Source: Eledone cirrhosa (Eukaryota). Taken from it: a stretch of 64,000 nt of DNA. The notes under the pieces were generated by a model. It was not told where the DNA came from and made no database searches. It saw nothing but the letters and a program-made list of their open reading frames with translations. The translations under genes were made by a program, and so were the position numbers. Where the stretch lies: contig OZ024742.1 of assembly GCA_964016885.1 (NCBI GenBank), forward strand, positions 348,750,001-348,814,000, written 5' to 3'. Shown here in pieces: positions 23,801-38,800 of this stretch; the stretch's first letter is position 1; each line of letters begins with the position of its first letter.

Positions 23801-26800
23801 ATATGGCGACATTATTGATAATGTAAAGCTATCTATGTCTCAATATGGCGACATTATTGACAATGTAAAGCTCTCTATGTCTTAATATGGTGACAGTTAT
23901 GACAGTGTAAAGCTCTCTATGTCTCAATATGGCGACAGTATTGACAGTGTAAAGCTCTCTATGTCTCAATATGGTGACATTACTGAGAGTGTAAAGCTCT
24001 CTATGTCTCAATATAGTGACATTATTGACAGTGTAAAGCTCTCTATGTCTCAATATGGCGACATTATTGACAATGTAAAGCTCTCTATGTCTCAATATGG
24101 CGACATTATTGACAGTTTAAAGCCCTCTATGTCTCAATATGGCGACATTATTGACAGTGTAAAGCTCTCTATGTCTCAATATGGCGACAGTATTGACAGT
24201 GTAAAGCTCTCTATGTCTCAATATGGTGACATTATTGACAGTGTAAAGCTCTCTATGTCTCAATATGGCGACATTATTGACGATGTAAAGCTCTCTATGT
24301 CTCAATATGGCGACATTATTGACAGTGTAAAGCGCTCTATGTCTCAATATGGCGACATTATTGACAATGTAAAGCTTTCTATGTCTCAATATGGCGACAT
24401 TATTGACACAGTGTAAAGCTCTCTATGTCTCAATATAGCGACATTATTGACGATGTAAAGCTCTCTATGTCTCAATATAGCGCCATTATTGACAATGTAA
24501 AGCTCTCTATGTCTCAATATGGTGACATTATTGACAATGTAAAGCTCTCTATGTCTCAATATAGCGCCATTATTGACAATGTAAAGCTCTCTATGTCTAA
24601 ATATGGTGATATTATTGACAGTAAAAAGCTCTCTATGTCTTAATATGGCGAGATTATTGACAGTGTAAAGCTATCTATGTCTCAATATGGTGACTTTATT
24701 GACACAGTGTAAAGCTCTCTATGTCTCAATATGGCGACATTATTGACAATGTAAAGCTCTCTATGTCTCAATATGGCGACATTATTGACAGTGTAAAGCT
24801 CTCTATGTCTCAATATGGTGACATTATTGACACAGTGTAAAGCTCTCTATGTCTCAATATGGCGACATTATTGACAATGTAAAGCTCTCTATGTCTCAAT
24901 ATGGCGACATTATTGACATAGTGTAAAGCTCTCTATATCACAATATGGCGACATTATCGACAATGTAAAGCTCTCTATGTCTCAATATGGCGACATTATT
25001 GACAATGTAAATCATTCTATGTCTCAATATGGCGACAGTATTGACAGTGTAAAGCTCTCTATGTCTCAATATGGCGACATTATTGACACAGTGTAAAATC
25101 TCTCTATGTCTCAATATGGTGACATTATTGACACAGTGTAAAGCTCTCTATGTCTCAATATGGTGACAGTATTGACAATGTAAAGCTCTCTATGTCTCAA
25201 TATGGCGACATTATTGATACAGTGTAACGCTCTCTATGTCTCAATATGGCGACATTATTGACAATGAAAAGCTCTCTATGTCTCAATATGGCGACATTAT
25301 TGACAATGTAAAGCTCTCTATGTCTCAATATGGCGACAGTATTGACAGTGTAAAGCTCTCTATGTCTCCATATGGCGACAGTATTGACAGTGTAAAGCTC
25401 TCTATGTCTCAATATGGTGACATTATTGACAGTGTAAAGCTCTCTATGTCTCAATATGGCGACATTATTGACAATGTAAAGCTCTCTATGGCTCAATATG
25501 GCGACATTATTGACAATGTAAAGCTCTCTATGTCTCAATATGGTGACATTATTGACAGTGTAAAGCTCTCTATGTCTCAATATGGCGACATTATTAACAA
25601 TGTAAAGCTTTCTATGTCTCAATATGGCGACATTATTGACACAGTGTAAAGCTCTCTATGTCTCAATATAGCGACATTATTTACAATATAAAGCTCTCTA
25701 TGTCTCAATATAGCGCCATTATTGACAATGTAATGCTCTCTATGTCTCAATATGGTGACATTATTGACAATGTAAAGCTCACTATGTCTCAATATGGTGA
25801 CATTATTGACAATGTAAAGCTCTCTATGTTTCAATATGGTGACATTATTGACAGTGTAAAGCTCTCTATGTCTCGACATGGCGACATTATTGACAGTGTA
25901 AAGCTCTCTATGTCTCAATATGGTGACATTATTGACACAGTGTAAAGCTCTCTATGTCTCAATATGGCGACATTATTGACAATGTAAAGCTCTCTATGTC
26001 TCAATATGTCGACATTATTGACATAGTGTAAAGCTCTCTATATCACAATATGGCGACATTATCGACAATGTAAAGCTCTCTATGTCACAATATGGCGACA
26101 TTATTGACACAGTGTAAAGCTCTCTATGTCTCAATATGGCGACATTATTGACAATGTAAATCATTCTATGTCTCAATATGGTGACATTATTGACATAGTG
26201 TAAAGCAGTCTATGTCTCAATATGGCAACATTATTGACAATGTAAAGCTCTCTATGTCTCAATATGGCGACATTATTGACAGAGTGTAAAGCTCTCTATG
26301 TCTCAATATGGTGATATTATTGACAGTGTAAAGCTCTCTATTATTCAATATAGCGACATTATTGACACAGTGTTAAGCTCTCTATGTCTCAATATGGCGA
26401 CATTATTGACACAGTGTAAAATCTCTCTATGTCTCAATATGGTGACATTATTGACACAGTGTAAAGCTCTCTATGTCTCAATATGGCGACATTATTGACA
26501 CAGTGTAAAGCTCTCTATGTCTCAATATGGCGACATTTTTGCTACAGTGTAGAGCTCTCTTTGTCTCAATATGGCGACATTATTGACAGTGTAAAGCTCT
26601 CTATGTCTCAATATGGCGACATTATTGACAATGTAAAGCTCTCTATGTCTCAATATGGTGACATTGTTGACAGTGTAAAGCTCTCTATGTCTCAATATGG
26701 TGACAGTATTGACAATGTAAATCTCTCTATGTCTCAATATGGCGACATTATTGATACAGTGTAACGCTCTCTATGTCTCAATATGGCGACATTATTGACA

Positions 26801-29800
26801 ATGTAAAGATCTCTATGTCTCAATATGGCGACATTATTGACAATGTAAAGCTCTCTATGTCTCAATATGGCGACAGTATTGACAGTGTAAAGCTCTCTAT
26901 GTCTCAATATGGCGACAGTATTGACAGTGTAAAGCTCTCTATGTCTCAATATGGTGACATTATTGACAGTGTAAAGCTCTCTATGTCTCAATATGGCGAC
27001 ATTATTGACAATGTAAAGCTCTCTATGTCTCAATATGGTGACATTATTGACAATGTAAAGCTCTCTATGTCTCAATATGGCGACATTATTGACACGGTGT
27101 AAAGCTCTCTATGTCTCAATATGGCGACATTATTGACAATGTAAAGCACTCTATATCTCAATATGGCGACATTATTGACAATGTAAAGGTCTCTATGTCT
27201 CAATATGGCGACATTATTGACACAGTGTAAAGCTCTCTATGTCTCAATATGGCAACATTATTGACAACGTAAAGCTCTCTATGTCTCAATATGTCGACAT
27301 TATTGACAGTGTAAAGCTCTCTATGTCTCAATATGGCGACATTATTGACACAGTGTAAAGCTCTCTATGTCTCAATATGGAGACATTATTGACACAGTGT
27401 AAAGCTCTCTATGTCTCAATATGGCGACATTATTGACAATGTAAAGCACTCTATGTCTCAATATGGCGACATTATTGACAATGTAAAGCTCTCTATGTCT
27501 CAGTATGGCGACATTATTGACAATGTAAAGCTTTCTATGTCTCAATATGGCGACATTATTGACACAGTGTAAAGCTCTCTATGTCTCAATATGGCGACAT
27601 TATTGACAATGTAAAGCTCTCTATGTCTCAATATGGCGACATTATTGACAATGTAAAGCTCTCTATGTCTCAATATGGTGACATTGTTGACAGTGTAAAG
27701 CTCTCTATGTCTCAATATGGTGACAGTATTGACAATGTAAAGCTCTCTATGTCTCAATATGGCGACATTATTGATACAGTGTAAAGCTCACTATGTCTCA
27801 ATATGGCGACATTATTGATAATGTAAAGCTATCTATGTCTCAATATGGCGACATTATTGACAATGTAAAGCTCTCTATGTCTTAATATGGTGACAGTTAT
27901 GACAGTGTAAAGCTCTCTATGTCTCAATATGGCGACAGTATTGACAGTGTAAAGCTCTCTATGTCTCAATATGGTGACATTATTGAGAGTGTAAAGCTCT
28001 CTATGTCTCAATATAGTGACATTATTGACAGTGTAAAGCTCTCTATGTCTCAATATGGCGACATTATTGACAATGTAAAGCTCTCTATGTCTCAATATGG
28101 CGACATTATTGACAGTGTAAAGCCCTCTATGTCTCAATATGGCGACATTATTGACAGTGTAAAGCTCTCTATGTCTCAATATGGCGACAGTATTGACAGT
28201 GTAAAGCTCTCTATGTCTCAATATGGTGACATTATTGACAGTGTAAAGCTCTCTATGTCTCAATATGGCGACATTATTGACGATGTAAAGCTCTCTATGT
28301 CTCAATATGGCGACATTATTGACAATGTAAAGCTCTCTATGTCTCAATATGGCGACATTATTGACAATGTAAAGCTCTCTATGTCTCAATATGGCGACAT
28401 TATTGACAGTGTAAAGCGCTCTATGTCTCAATATGGCGACATTATTGACAATGTAAAGCTTTCTATGTCTCAATATGGCGACATTATTGACACAGTGTAA
28501 AGCTCTCTATGTCTCAATATAGCGACATTATTGACAATGTAAAGCTCTCTATGTCTCAATATAGCGCCATTATTGACAATGTAAAGCTCTCTATGTCTCA
28601 ATATGGTGACATTATTGACAATGTAAAGCTCTCTATGTCTCAATATAGCGCCATTATTGACAATGTAAAGCTCTCTATGTCTAAATATGGTGATATTATT
28701 GACAGTAAAAAGCTCTCTATGTCTCAATATGGCGAGATTATTGACAGTGTAAAGCTTTCTATGTCTCAATATGGTGACTTTATTGACACAGTGTAAAGCT
28801 CTCTATGTCTCAATATGGCGACATTATTGACAATGTAAAGCTCTCTATGTCTCAATATGGCGACATTATTGACAGTGTAAAGCTCTCTATGTCTCAATAT
28901 GGTGACATTATTGACACAGTGTAAAGCTCTCTATGTCTCAATATGGCGACATTATTGACAATGTAAAGCTCTCTATGTCTCAATATGGCGACATTATTGA
29001 CATAGTGTAAAGCTCTCTATATCACAATATGGCGACATTATCGACAATGTAAAGCTCTCTATGTCTCAATATGGCGACATTATTGACAATGTAAATCATT
29101 CTATGTCTCAATATGGCGACAGTATTGACAGTGTAAAGCTCTCTATGTCTCAATATGGCGACATTATTGACACAGTGTAAAATCTCTCTATGTCTCAATA
29201 TGGTGACATTATTGACACAGTGTAAAGCTCTCTATGTCTCAATATGGTGACAGTATTGACAATGTAAAGCTCTCTATGTCTCAATATGGCGACATTATTG
29301 ATACAGTGTAACGCTCTCTATGTCTCAATATGGCGACATTATTGACAATGAAAAGCTCTCTATGTCTCAATATGGCGACATTATTGACAATGTAAAGCTC
29401 TCTATGTCTCAATATGGCGACAGTATTGACAGTGTAAAGCTCTCTATGTCTCAATATGGCGACAGTATTGACAGTGTAAAGCTCTCTATGTCTCAATATG
29501 GTGACATTATTGACAGTGTAAAGCTCTCTATGTCTCAATATGGCGACATTATTGACAATGTAAAGCTCTCTATGGCTCAATATGGCGACATTATTGACAA
29601 TGTAAAGCTCTCTATGTCTCAATATGGTGACATTATTGACAGTGTAAAGCTCTCTATGTCTCAATATGGCGACATTATTAACAATGTAAAGCTTTCTATG
29701 TCTCAATATGGCGACATTATTGACACAGTGTAAAGCTCTCTATGTCTCAATATAGCGACATTATTGACAATATAAAGCTCTCTATGTCTCAATATAGCGC

Positions 29801-32800
29801 CATTATTGACAATGTAATGCTCTCTATGTCTCAATATGGTGACATTATTGACAATATAAAGCTCTCTATGTTTCAATATGGTGACATTATTGACAGTGTA
29901 AAGCTCTCTATGTCTCAATATGGCGACATTATTGACAGTGTAAAGCTCTCTATGTCTCAATATGGTGACATTATTGACAATGTAAAGCTCTCTATGTTTC
30001 AATATGGTGACATTATTGACAGTGTAAAGCTCTCTATGTCTCGATATGGCGACATTATTGACAGTGTAAAGCTCTCTATGTCTCAATATGGTGACATTAT
30101 TGACACAGTGTAAAGCTCTCTATGTCTCAATATGGCGACATTATTGACAATGTAAAGCTCTCTATGTCTCAATATGGCGACATTATTGACATAGTGTAAA
30201 GCTCTCTATATCACAATATGGCGACATTATCGACAATGTAAAGCTCTCTATGTCTCAATATGGCGACATTATTGACACAGTGTAAAGCTCTCTATGTCTC
30301 AATATGGCGACATTATTGACAATGTGAATCATTCTATGTCTCAATATGGTGACATTATTGACATAGTGTAAAGCAGTCAATGTCTCAATATGGCAACATT
30401 ATTGACAATGTAAAGCTCTCTATGTCTCAATATGGCGACATTATTGACAGAGTGTAAAGCTCTCTATGTCTCAATATGGTGATATTATTGACAGTGTAAA
30501 GCTCTCTATGATTCAATATAGCGACATTATTGACACAGTGTTAAGCTCTCTATGTCTCAATATGGCGACATTATTGACACAGTGTAAAATCTCTCTATGT
30601 CTCAATATGGTGACATTATTGACACAGTGTAAAGCTCTCTATGTCTCAATATGGCGACATTATTGACACAGTGTAAAGCTCTCTATGTCTCAATATGGCG
30701 ACATTTTTGCTACAGTGTAGAGCTCTCTTTGTCTCAATATGGCGACATTATTGACAGTGTAAAGCTCTCTATGTCTCAATATGGCGTCATTATTGATACA
30801 GTGTAGAGCTCTCTATGTCTCAATATGGTGACATTATTGACACAGTGTAAAGCTCTCTATTTCTCAATATGGTGACATTATTGACACAGTGTAAAGCTCT
30901 CTAGGTCTTAATATGGTGACATCATTGACAGGGTAAAGCTCTCTATGTCTCAATATGGTGACATTATTGACACATTTTAAAGCACTCTATGTCTCAATAT
31001 GGCGACATTATTGACAAAGTAAAGCCCTCTATGTCTCAATATGGCGACATTATCGACAGTGTAAAGCTTTCTATGTCTCAATATGGTGACTTTATTGACA
31101 CAGTGTAAAGCTCTCTATGTCTCAATATGGCGACATTATTGACAATGTAAAGCTCTCTATGTCTCAATATGGCGACATTATTGACAATGTAAAGCTCTCT
31201 ATGTCTCAATATGGTGACATTGTTGACAGTGTAAAGCTCTCTATGTCTCAATATGGTGACAGTATTGACAATGTAAAGCTCTCTATGTCTCAATATGGCG
31301 ACATTATTGATACAGTGTAACGCTCTCTATGTCTCAATATGGCGACATTATTGACAATGTAAAGATCTCTATGTCTCAATATGGCGACATTATTGACAAT
31401 GTAAAGCTCTCTATGTCTCAATATGGCGACAGTATTGACAGTGTAAAGCTCTCTATGTGTCAATATGGCGACAGTATTGACAGTGTAAAGCTCTCTATGT
31501 CTCAATATGGTGACATTATTGACAGTGTAAAGCTCTCTATGTCTCAATATGGCGACATTATTGACAATGTAAAGCTCTCTATGGCTCAATATGGCGACAT
31601 TATTGACAACGTAAAGCTCTCTATGTCTCAATATGGTGACATTATTGACAGTGTAAAGCTCTCTATGTCTCAATATGGCGACATTATTAACAATGTAAAG
31701 CTTTCTATGTCTCAATATGGCGACATTATTGACACAGTGTAAAGCTCTCTATGTCTCAATATAGCGACATTATTGACAATATAAAGCTCTCTATGTCTCA
31801 ATATAGCGCCATTATTGACAATGTAATGCTCTCTATGTCTCAATATGGTGACATTATTGACAATGTAAAGCTCTCTATGTCTCAATATAGCGCCATTATT
31901 GACAATGTAAAGCTCTCTATGTTTAAATATGGTGACATTATTGACAGTGTAAAGCTCTCTATGTCTCAATATGGCGACATTATTGACAGTGTAAAGCTCT
32001 CTATGTCTCAATATGGTGACATTATTGACACAGTGTAAAGCTCTCTATGTCTCAATATGGCGACATTATTGACAATGTAAAGCTCTCTATGTCTCAATAT
32101 GGCGACATTATTGACATAGTGTAAAGCTCTCTATATCACAATATGGCGACATTATCGACAATGTAAAGCTCTCTATGTCTCAATATGGCGACATTATTGA
32201 CACAGTGTAAAGCTCTCTATGTCTCAATATGGCGACATTATTGACAATGTAAATCATTCTATGTCTAAATATGGTGACATTATTGACATAGTGTAAAGCA
32301 GTCTATGTCTCAATATGGCAACATTATTGACAATGTAAAGCTCTCTATGTCTCAATATGGCGACATTATTGACAGAGTGTAAAGCTCTCTATGTCTCAAT
32401 ATGGTGATATTATTGACAGTGTAAAGCTCTCTATGATTCAATATAGCGACATTATTGACACAGTGTTAAGCTCTCTATGTCTCAATATGGCGACATTATT
32501 GACACAGTGTAAAATCTCTCTATGTCTCAATATGGTGACATTATTGACACAGTGTAAAGCTCTCTATGTCTAAATATGGCGACATTATTGACACAGTGTA
32601 AAGCTCTCTATGTCTCAATATGACGACATTTTTGCTACAGTGTAGAGCTCTCTTTGTCTCAATATGGCGACATTATTGACAGTGTAAGGCTCTCTATGTC
32701 TCAATATCGCGTCATTATTGATACAGTGTAGAGCTCTCTATGTCTCAATATGGTGACATTATTGACACAGTGTAAAGCTCTCTATTTCTCAATATGGTGA

Positions 32801-35800
32801 CATTATTGACACAGTGTAAAGCTCTCTAGGTCTCAATATGGTGACATTATTGACAGGGTAAAGCTCTCTATGTCTCAATATGGTGACATTATTGACACAT
32901 TTTAAAGCACTCTATGTCTCAATATGGCGACATTATTGACAAAGTAAAGCCCTCTATGTCTCAATATGGCGACATTATTGACAGTGTAAAGCTCTCTATG
33001 TCTCAATATGGTGACATTATTGACACAGTGTAAAGCTCTCAATGTCTCAATATGGCGACATTATTGACAATGTAAAGCTCTCTATGTCTCAATATTCTGA
33101 CATTATTGACACATTGTAAAGCGCTCTATGTCTCAATATGGTGACATCATTGACAGTGTAAAGCTCTGTATGTCTCAATATGGTGACATTATTGACAATG
33201 TAAAGCTCTCTATGTCTCAATATGGTGACATTATTGACAGTGTAAAGCCCTCTATGTCTCAATATGGTGACATCATTGACAGTGTAAAGCTCTGTATGTC
33301 TCAATATGGTGACATTATTGACAATGTAAAGCTCTCTATGTCTCAATATGGTGACATTATTGACAGTGTAAAGCCCTCTATGTCTCAATATGGTGACATT
33401 ATTGACAGTGTAAAGTTCTCATTGTCTCAATATGGCGACATTATTGACAATGTAAAGCTCTCTATATCACAATATGGCGACATTATCGACAATGTAAAGC
33501 TCTCTATGTCTCAATATGGCGACATTATTGACAATGTAAATCATTCTATGTCTCAATATGGCGACAGTATTGACAGTGTAAAGCTCTCTATGTCTCAATA
33601 TGGCGACATTATTGACACAGTGTAAAATCTCTCTATGTCTCAATATGGTGACATTATACACACAGTGTAAAGCTCTCTATGTCTCAATATGGTGACAGTA
33701 TTGACAATGTAAAGCTCTCTATGTCTCAATATGGCGACATTATTGATACAGTGTAACGCTCTCTATGTCTCAATATGGCGACATTATTGACAATGAAAAG
33801 CTCTCTATGTCTCAATATGGCGACATTATTGACAATGTAAAGCTCTCTATGTCTCAATATGGCGACAGTATTGACAGTGTAAAGCTCTCTATGTCTCAAT
33901 ATGGCGACAGTATTGACAGTGTAAAGCTCTCTATGTCTCAATATGGTGACATTATTGACAGTGTAAAGCTCTCTATGTCTCAATATGGCGACATTATTGA
34001 CAATGTAAAGCTCTCTATGGCTCAATATGGCGACATTATTGACAATGTAAAGCTCTCTATGTCTCAATATGGTGACATTATTGACAGTGTAAAGCTCTCT
34101 ATGTCTCAATATGGCGACATTATTAACAATGTAAAGCTTTCTATGTCTCAATATGGCGACATTATTGACACAGTGTAAAGCTCTCTATGTCTCAATATAG
34201 CGACATTATTGACAATATAAAGCTCTCTATGTCTCAATATAGCGCCATTATTGACAATGTAATGCTCTCTATGTCTCAATATGGTGACATTATTGACAAT
34301 ATAAAGCTCTCTATGTTTCAATATGGTGACATTATTGACAGTGTAAAGCTCTCTATGTCTCAATATGGCGACATTATTGACAGTGTAAAGCTCTCTATGT
34401 CTCAATATGGTGACATTATTGACAATGTAAAGCTCTCTATGTTTCAATATGGTGACATTATTGACAGTGTAAAGCTCTCTATGTCTCGATATGGCGACAT
34501 TATTGACAGTGTAAAGCTCTCTATGTCTCAATATGGTGACATTATTGACACAGTGTAAAGCTCTCTATGTCTCAATATGGCGACATTATTGACAATGTAA
34601 AGCTCTCTATGTCTCAATATGGCGACATTATTGACATAGTGTAAAGCTCTCTATATCACAATATGGCGACATTATCGACAATGTAAAGCTCTCTATGTCT
34701 CAATATGGCGACATTATTGACACAGTGTAAAGCTCTCTATGTCTCAATATGGCGACATTATTGACAATGTGAATCATTCTATGTCTCAATATGGTGACAT
34801 TATTGACATAGTGTAAAGCAGTCAATGTCTCAATATGGCAACATTATTGACAATGTAAAGCTCTCTATGTCTCAATATGGCGACATTATTGACAGAGTGT
34901 AAAGCTCTCTATGTCTCAATATGGTGATATTATTGACAGTGTAAAGCTCTCTATGATTCAATATAGCGACATTATTGACACAGTGTTAAGCTCTCTATGT
35001 CTCAATATGGCGACATTATTGACACAGTGTAAAATCTCTCTATGTCTCAATATGGTGACATTATTGACACAGTGTAAAGCTCTCTATGTCTCAATATGGC
35101 GACATTATTGACACAGTGTAAAGCTCTCTATGTCTCAATATGGCGACATTTTTGCTACAGTGTAGAGCTCTCTTTGTCTCAATATGGCGACATTATTGAC
35201 AGTGTAAAGCTCTCTATGTCTCAATATGGCGTCATTATTGATACAGTGTAGAGCTCTCTATGTCTCAATATGGTGACATTATTGACACAGTGTAAAGCTC
35301 TCTATTTCTCAATATGGTGACATTATTGACACAGTGTAAAGCTCTCTAGGTCTTAATATGGTGACATCATTGACAGGGTAAAGCTCTCTATGTCTCAATA
35401 TGGTGACATTATTGACACATTTTAAAGCACTCTATGTCTCAATATGGCGACATTATTGACAAAGTAAAGCCCTCTATGTCTCAATATGGCGACATTATCG
35501 ACAGTGTAAAGCTTTCTATGTCTCAATATGGTGACTTTATTGACACAGTGTAAAGCTCTCTATGTCTCAATATGGCGACATTATTGACAATGTAAAGCTC
35601 TCTATGTCTCAATATGGCGACATTATTGACAATGTAAAGCTCTCTATGTCTCAATATGGTGACATTGTTGACAGTGTAAAGCTCTCTATGTCTCAATATG
35701 GTGACAGTATTGACAATGTAAAGCTCTCTATGTCTCAATATGGCGACATTATTGATACAGTGTAACGCTCTCTATGTCTCAATATGGCGACATTATTGAC

Positions 35801-38800
35801 AATGTAAAGATCTCTATGTCTCAATATGGCGACATTATTGACAATGTAAAGCTCTCTATGTCTCAATATGGCGACAGTATTGACAGTGTAAAGCTCTCTA
35901 TGTGTCAATATGGCGACAGTATTGACAGTGTAAAGCTCTCTATGTCTCAATATGGTGACATTATTGACAGTGTAAAGCTCTCTATGTCTCAATATGGCGA
36001 CATTATTGACAATGTAAAGCTCTCTATGGCTCAATATGGCGACATTATTGACAACGTAAAGCTCTCTATGTCTCAATATGGTGACATTATTGACAGTGTA
36101 AAGCTCTCTATGTCTCAATATGGCGACATTATTAACAATGTAAAGCTTTCTATGTCTCAATATGGCGACATTATTGACACAGTGTAAAGCTCTCTATGTC
36201 TCAATATAGCGACATTATTGACAATATAAAGCTCTCTATGTCTCAATATAGCGCCATTATTGACAATGTAATGCTCTCTATGTCTCAATATGGTGACATT
36301 ATTGACAATGTAAAGCTCTCTATGTCTCAATATAGCGCCATTATTGACAATGTAAAGCTCTCTATGTTTCAATATGGTGACATTATTGACAGTGTAAAGC
36401 TCTCTATGTCTCAATATGGCGACATTATTGACAGTGTAAAGCTCTCTATGTCTCAATATGGTGACATTATTGACACAGTGTAAAGCTCTCTATGTCTCAA
36501 TATGGCGACATTATTGACAATGTAAAGCTCTCTATGTCTCAATATGGCGACATTATTGACATAGTGTAAAGCTCTCTATATCACAATATGGCGACATTAT
36601 CGACAATGTAAAGCTCTCTATGTCTCAATATGGCGACATTATTGACACAGTGTAAAGCTCTCTATGTCTCAATATGGCGACATTATTGACAATGTAAATC
36701 ATTCTATGTCTAAATATGGTGACATTATTGACATAGTGTAAAGCAGTCTATGTCTCAATATGGCAACATTATTGACAATGTAAAGCTCTCTATGTCTCAA
36801 TATGGCGACATTATTGACAGAGTGTAAAGCTCTCTATGTCTCAATATGGTGATATTATTGACAGTGTAAAGCTCTCTATGATTCAATATAGCGACATTAT
36901 TGACACAGTGTTAAGCTCTCTATGTCTCAATATGGCGACATTATTGACACAGTGTAAAATCTCTCTATGTCTCAATATGGTGACATTATTGACACAGTGT
37001 AAAGCTCTCTATGTCTAAATATGGCGACATTATTGACACAGTGTAAAGCTCTCTATGTCTCAATATGACGACATTTTTGCTACAGTGTAGAGCTCTCTTT
37101 GTCTCAATATGGCGACATTATTGACAGTGTAAGGCTCTCTATGTCTCAATATCGCGTCATTATTGATACAGTGTAGAGCTCTCTATGTCTCAATATGGTG
37201 ACATTATTGACACAGTGTAAAGCTCTCTATTTCTCAATATGGTGACATTATTGACACAGTGTAAAGCTCTCTAGGTCTCAATATGGTGACATTATTGACA
37301 GGGTAAAGCTCTCTATGTCTCAATATGGTGACATTATTGACACATTTTAAAGCACTCTATGTCTCAATATGGCGACATTATTGACAAAGTAAAGCCCTCT
37401 ATGTCTCAATATGGCGACATTATTGACAGTGTAAAGCTCTCTATGTCTCAATATGGTGACATTATTGACACAGTGTAAAGCTCTCAATGTCTCAATATGG
37501 CGACATTATTGACAATGTAAAGCTCTCTATGTCTCAATATTCTGACATTATTGACACATTGTAAAGCGCTCTATGTCTCAATATGGTGACATCATTGACA
37601 GTGTAAAGCTCTGTATGTCTCAATATGGTGACATTATTGACAATGTAAAGCTCTCTATGTCTCAATATGGTGACATTATTGACAGTGTAAAGCCCTCTAT
37701 GTCTCAATATGGTGACATTATTGACAGTGTAAAGCTCTCATTGTCTCAATATGGCGACATTATTGACAATGTAAAGCTCTCTATGTCTCAATATTCTGAC
37801 ATTATTGACACATTGTAAAGCGCTCTATGTCTCAATATGGTGACATCATTGACAGTGTAAAGCTCTGTATGTCTCAATATGGTGACATTATTGACAATGT
37901 AAAGCTCTCTATGTCTCAATATGGTGACATTATTGACAGTGTAAAGCTCTCTATGTCTCAATATGGTGACATTATTGACACAGTGTAAAGCTCTCAATGT
38001 CTCAATATAGTAACATTATTGACACAGTGTATAGCTCTCTAGGACTCAATATGGTGACATTATTGACAATGTAAAGCTCTCTATGTCTCAATATTCTGAC
38101 ATTATTGACACATTGTAAAGCGCTCTATGTCTCAATATGGTGACATTATTGACAGTGTAAAGCTTTCTATGTCTCAATATGGCGACATTATTGACAATGT
38201 AAAGCTCTCTATGTCTCAATATGCTGACATTATTGACAGTGTAAAGCTCTCTATGTCTCAATATGGTGACATTATTGACACAGTGTAAAGCTCTCTATGT
38301 CTCAATATGGCGACATTATTGATACAGTGTAAAGCTATCTGTCTCAATATGGCGACATTATTGGTACAGTGTAAAGCTTCTATGTCTCAATATGGTGAGA
38401 TTATTGACACAGTGTAAAGCTCTCTATGTCTCAATATGGTGACATTATTGACAATGTAAAGCTCTCTATGTCTCAATATGGTGACATTATTGACAGTGTA
38501 AAGCTCTCTATGTCTCAATATGGCGACATTATTAACAATGTAAAGCTCTCTATGTCTCAATATGGTGACATTATTGACAGTGTAAAGCTCTCTATGTCTC
38601 AATATGGTGACATTATTGACACATTGTAAAGTTTTCTATGTCTCAATATGGTGACATTATTGACAGTGTAAAACTCTCTATGTCTCAATATGGCGACATT
38701 ATTGACAACGTAAAGCTCTCTATGTGTCAATATGGCGACATTATTGACAATGTAAAGCTCTCTATGTCTCAATATGGCGACATTATTGACAATGTAAAGC

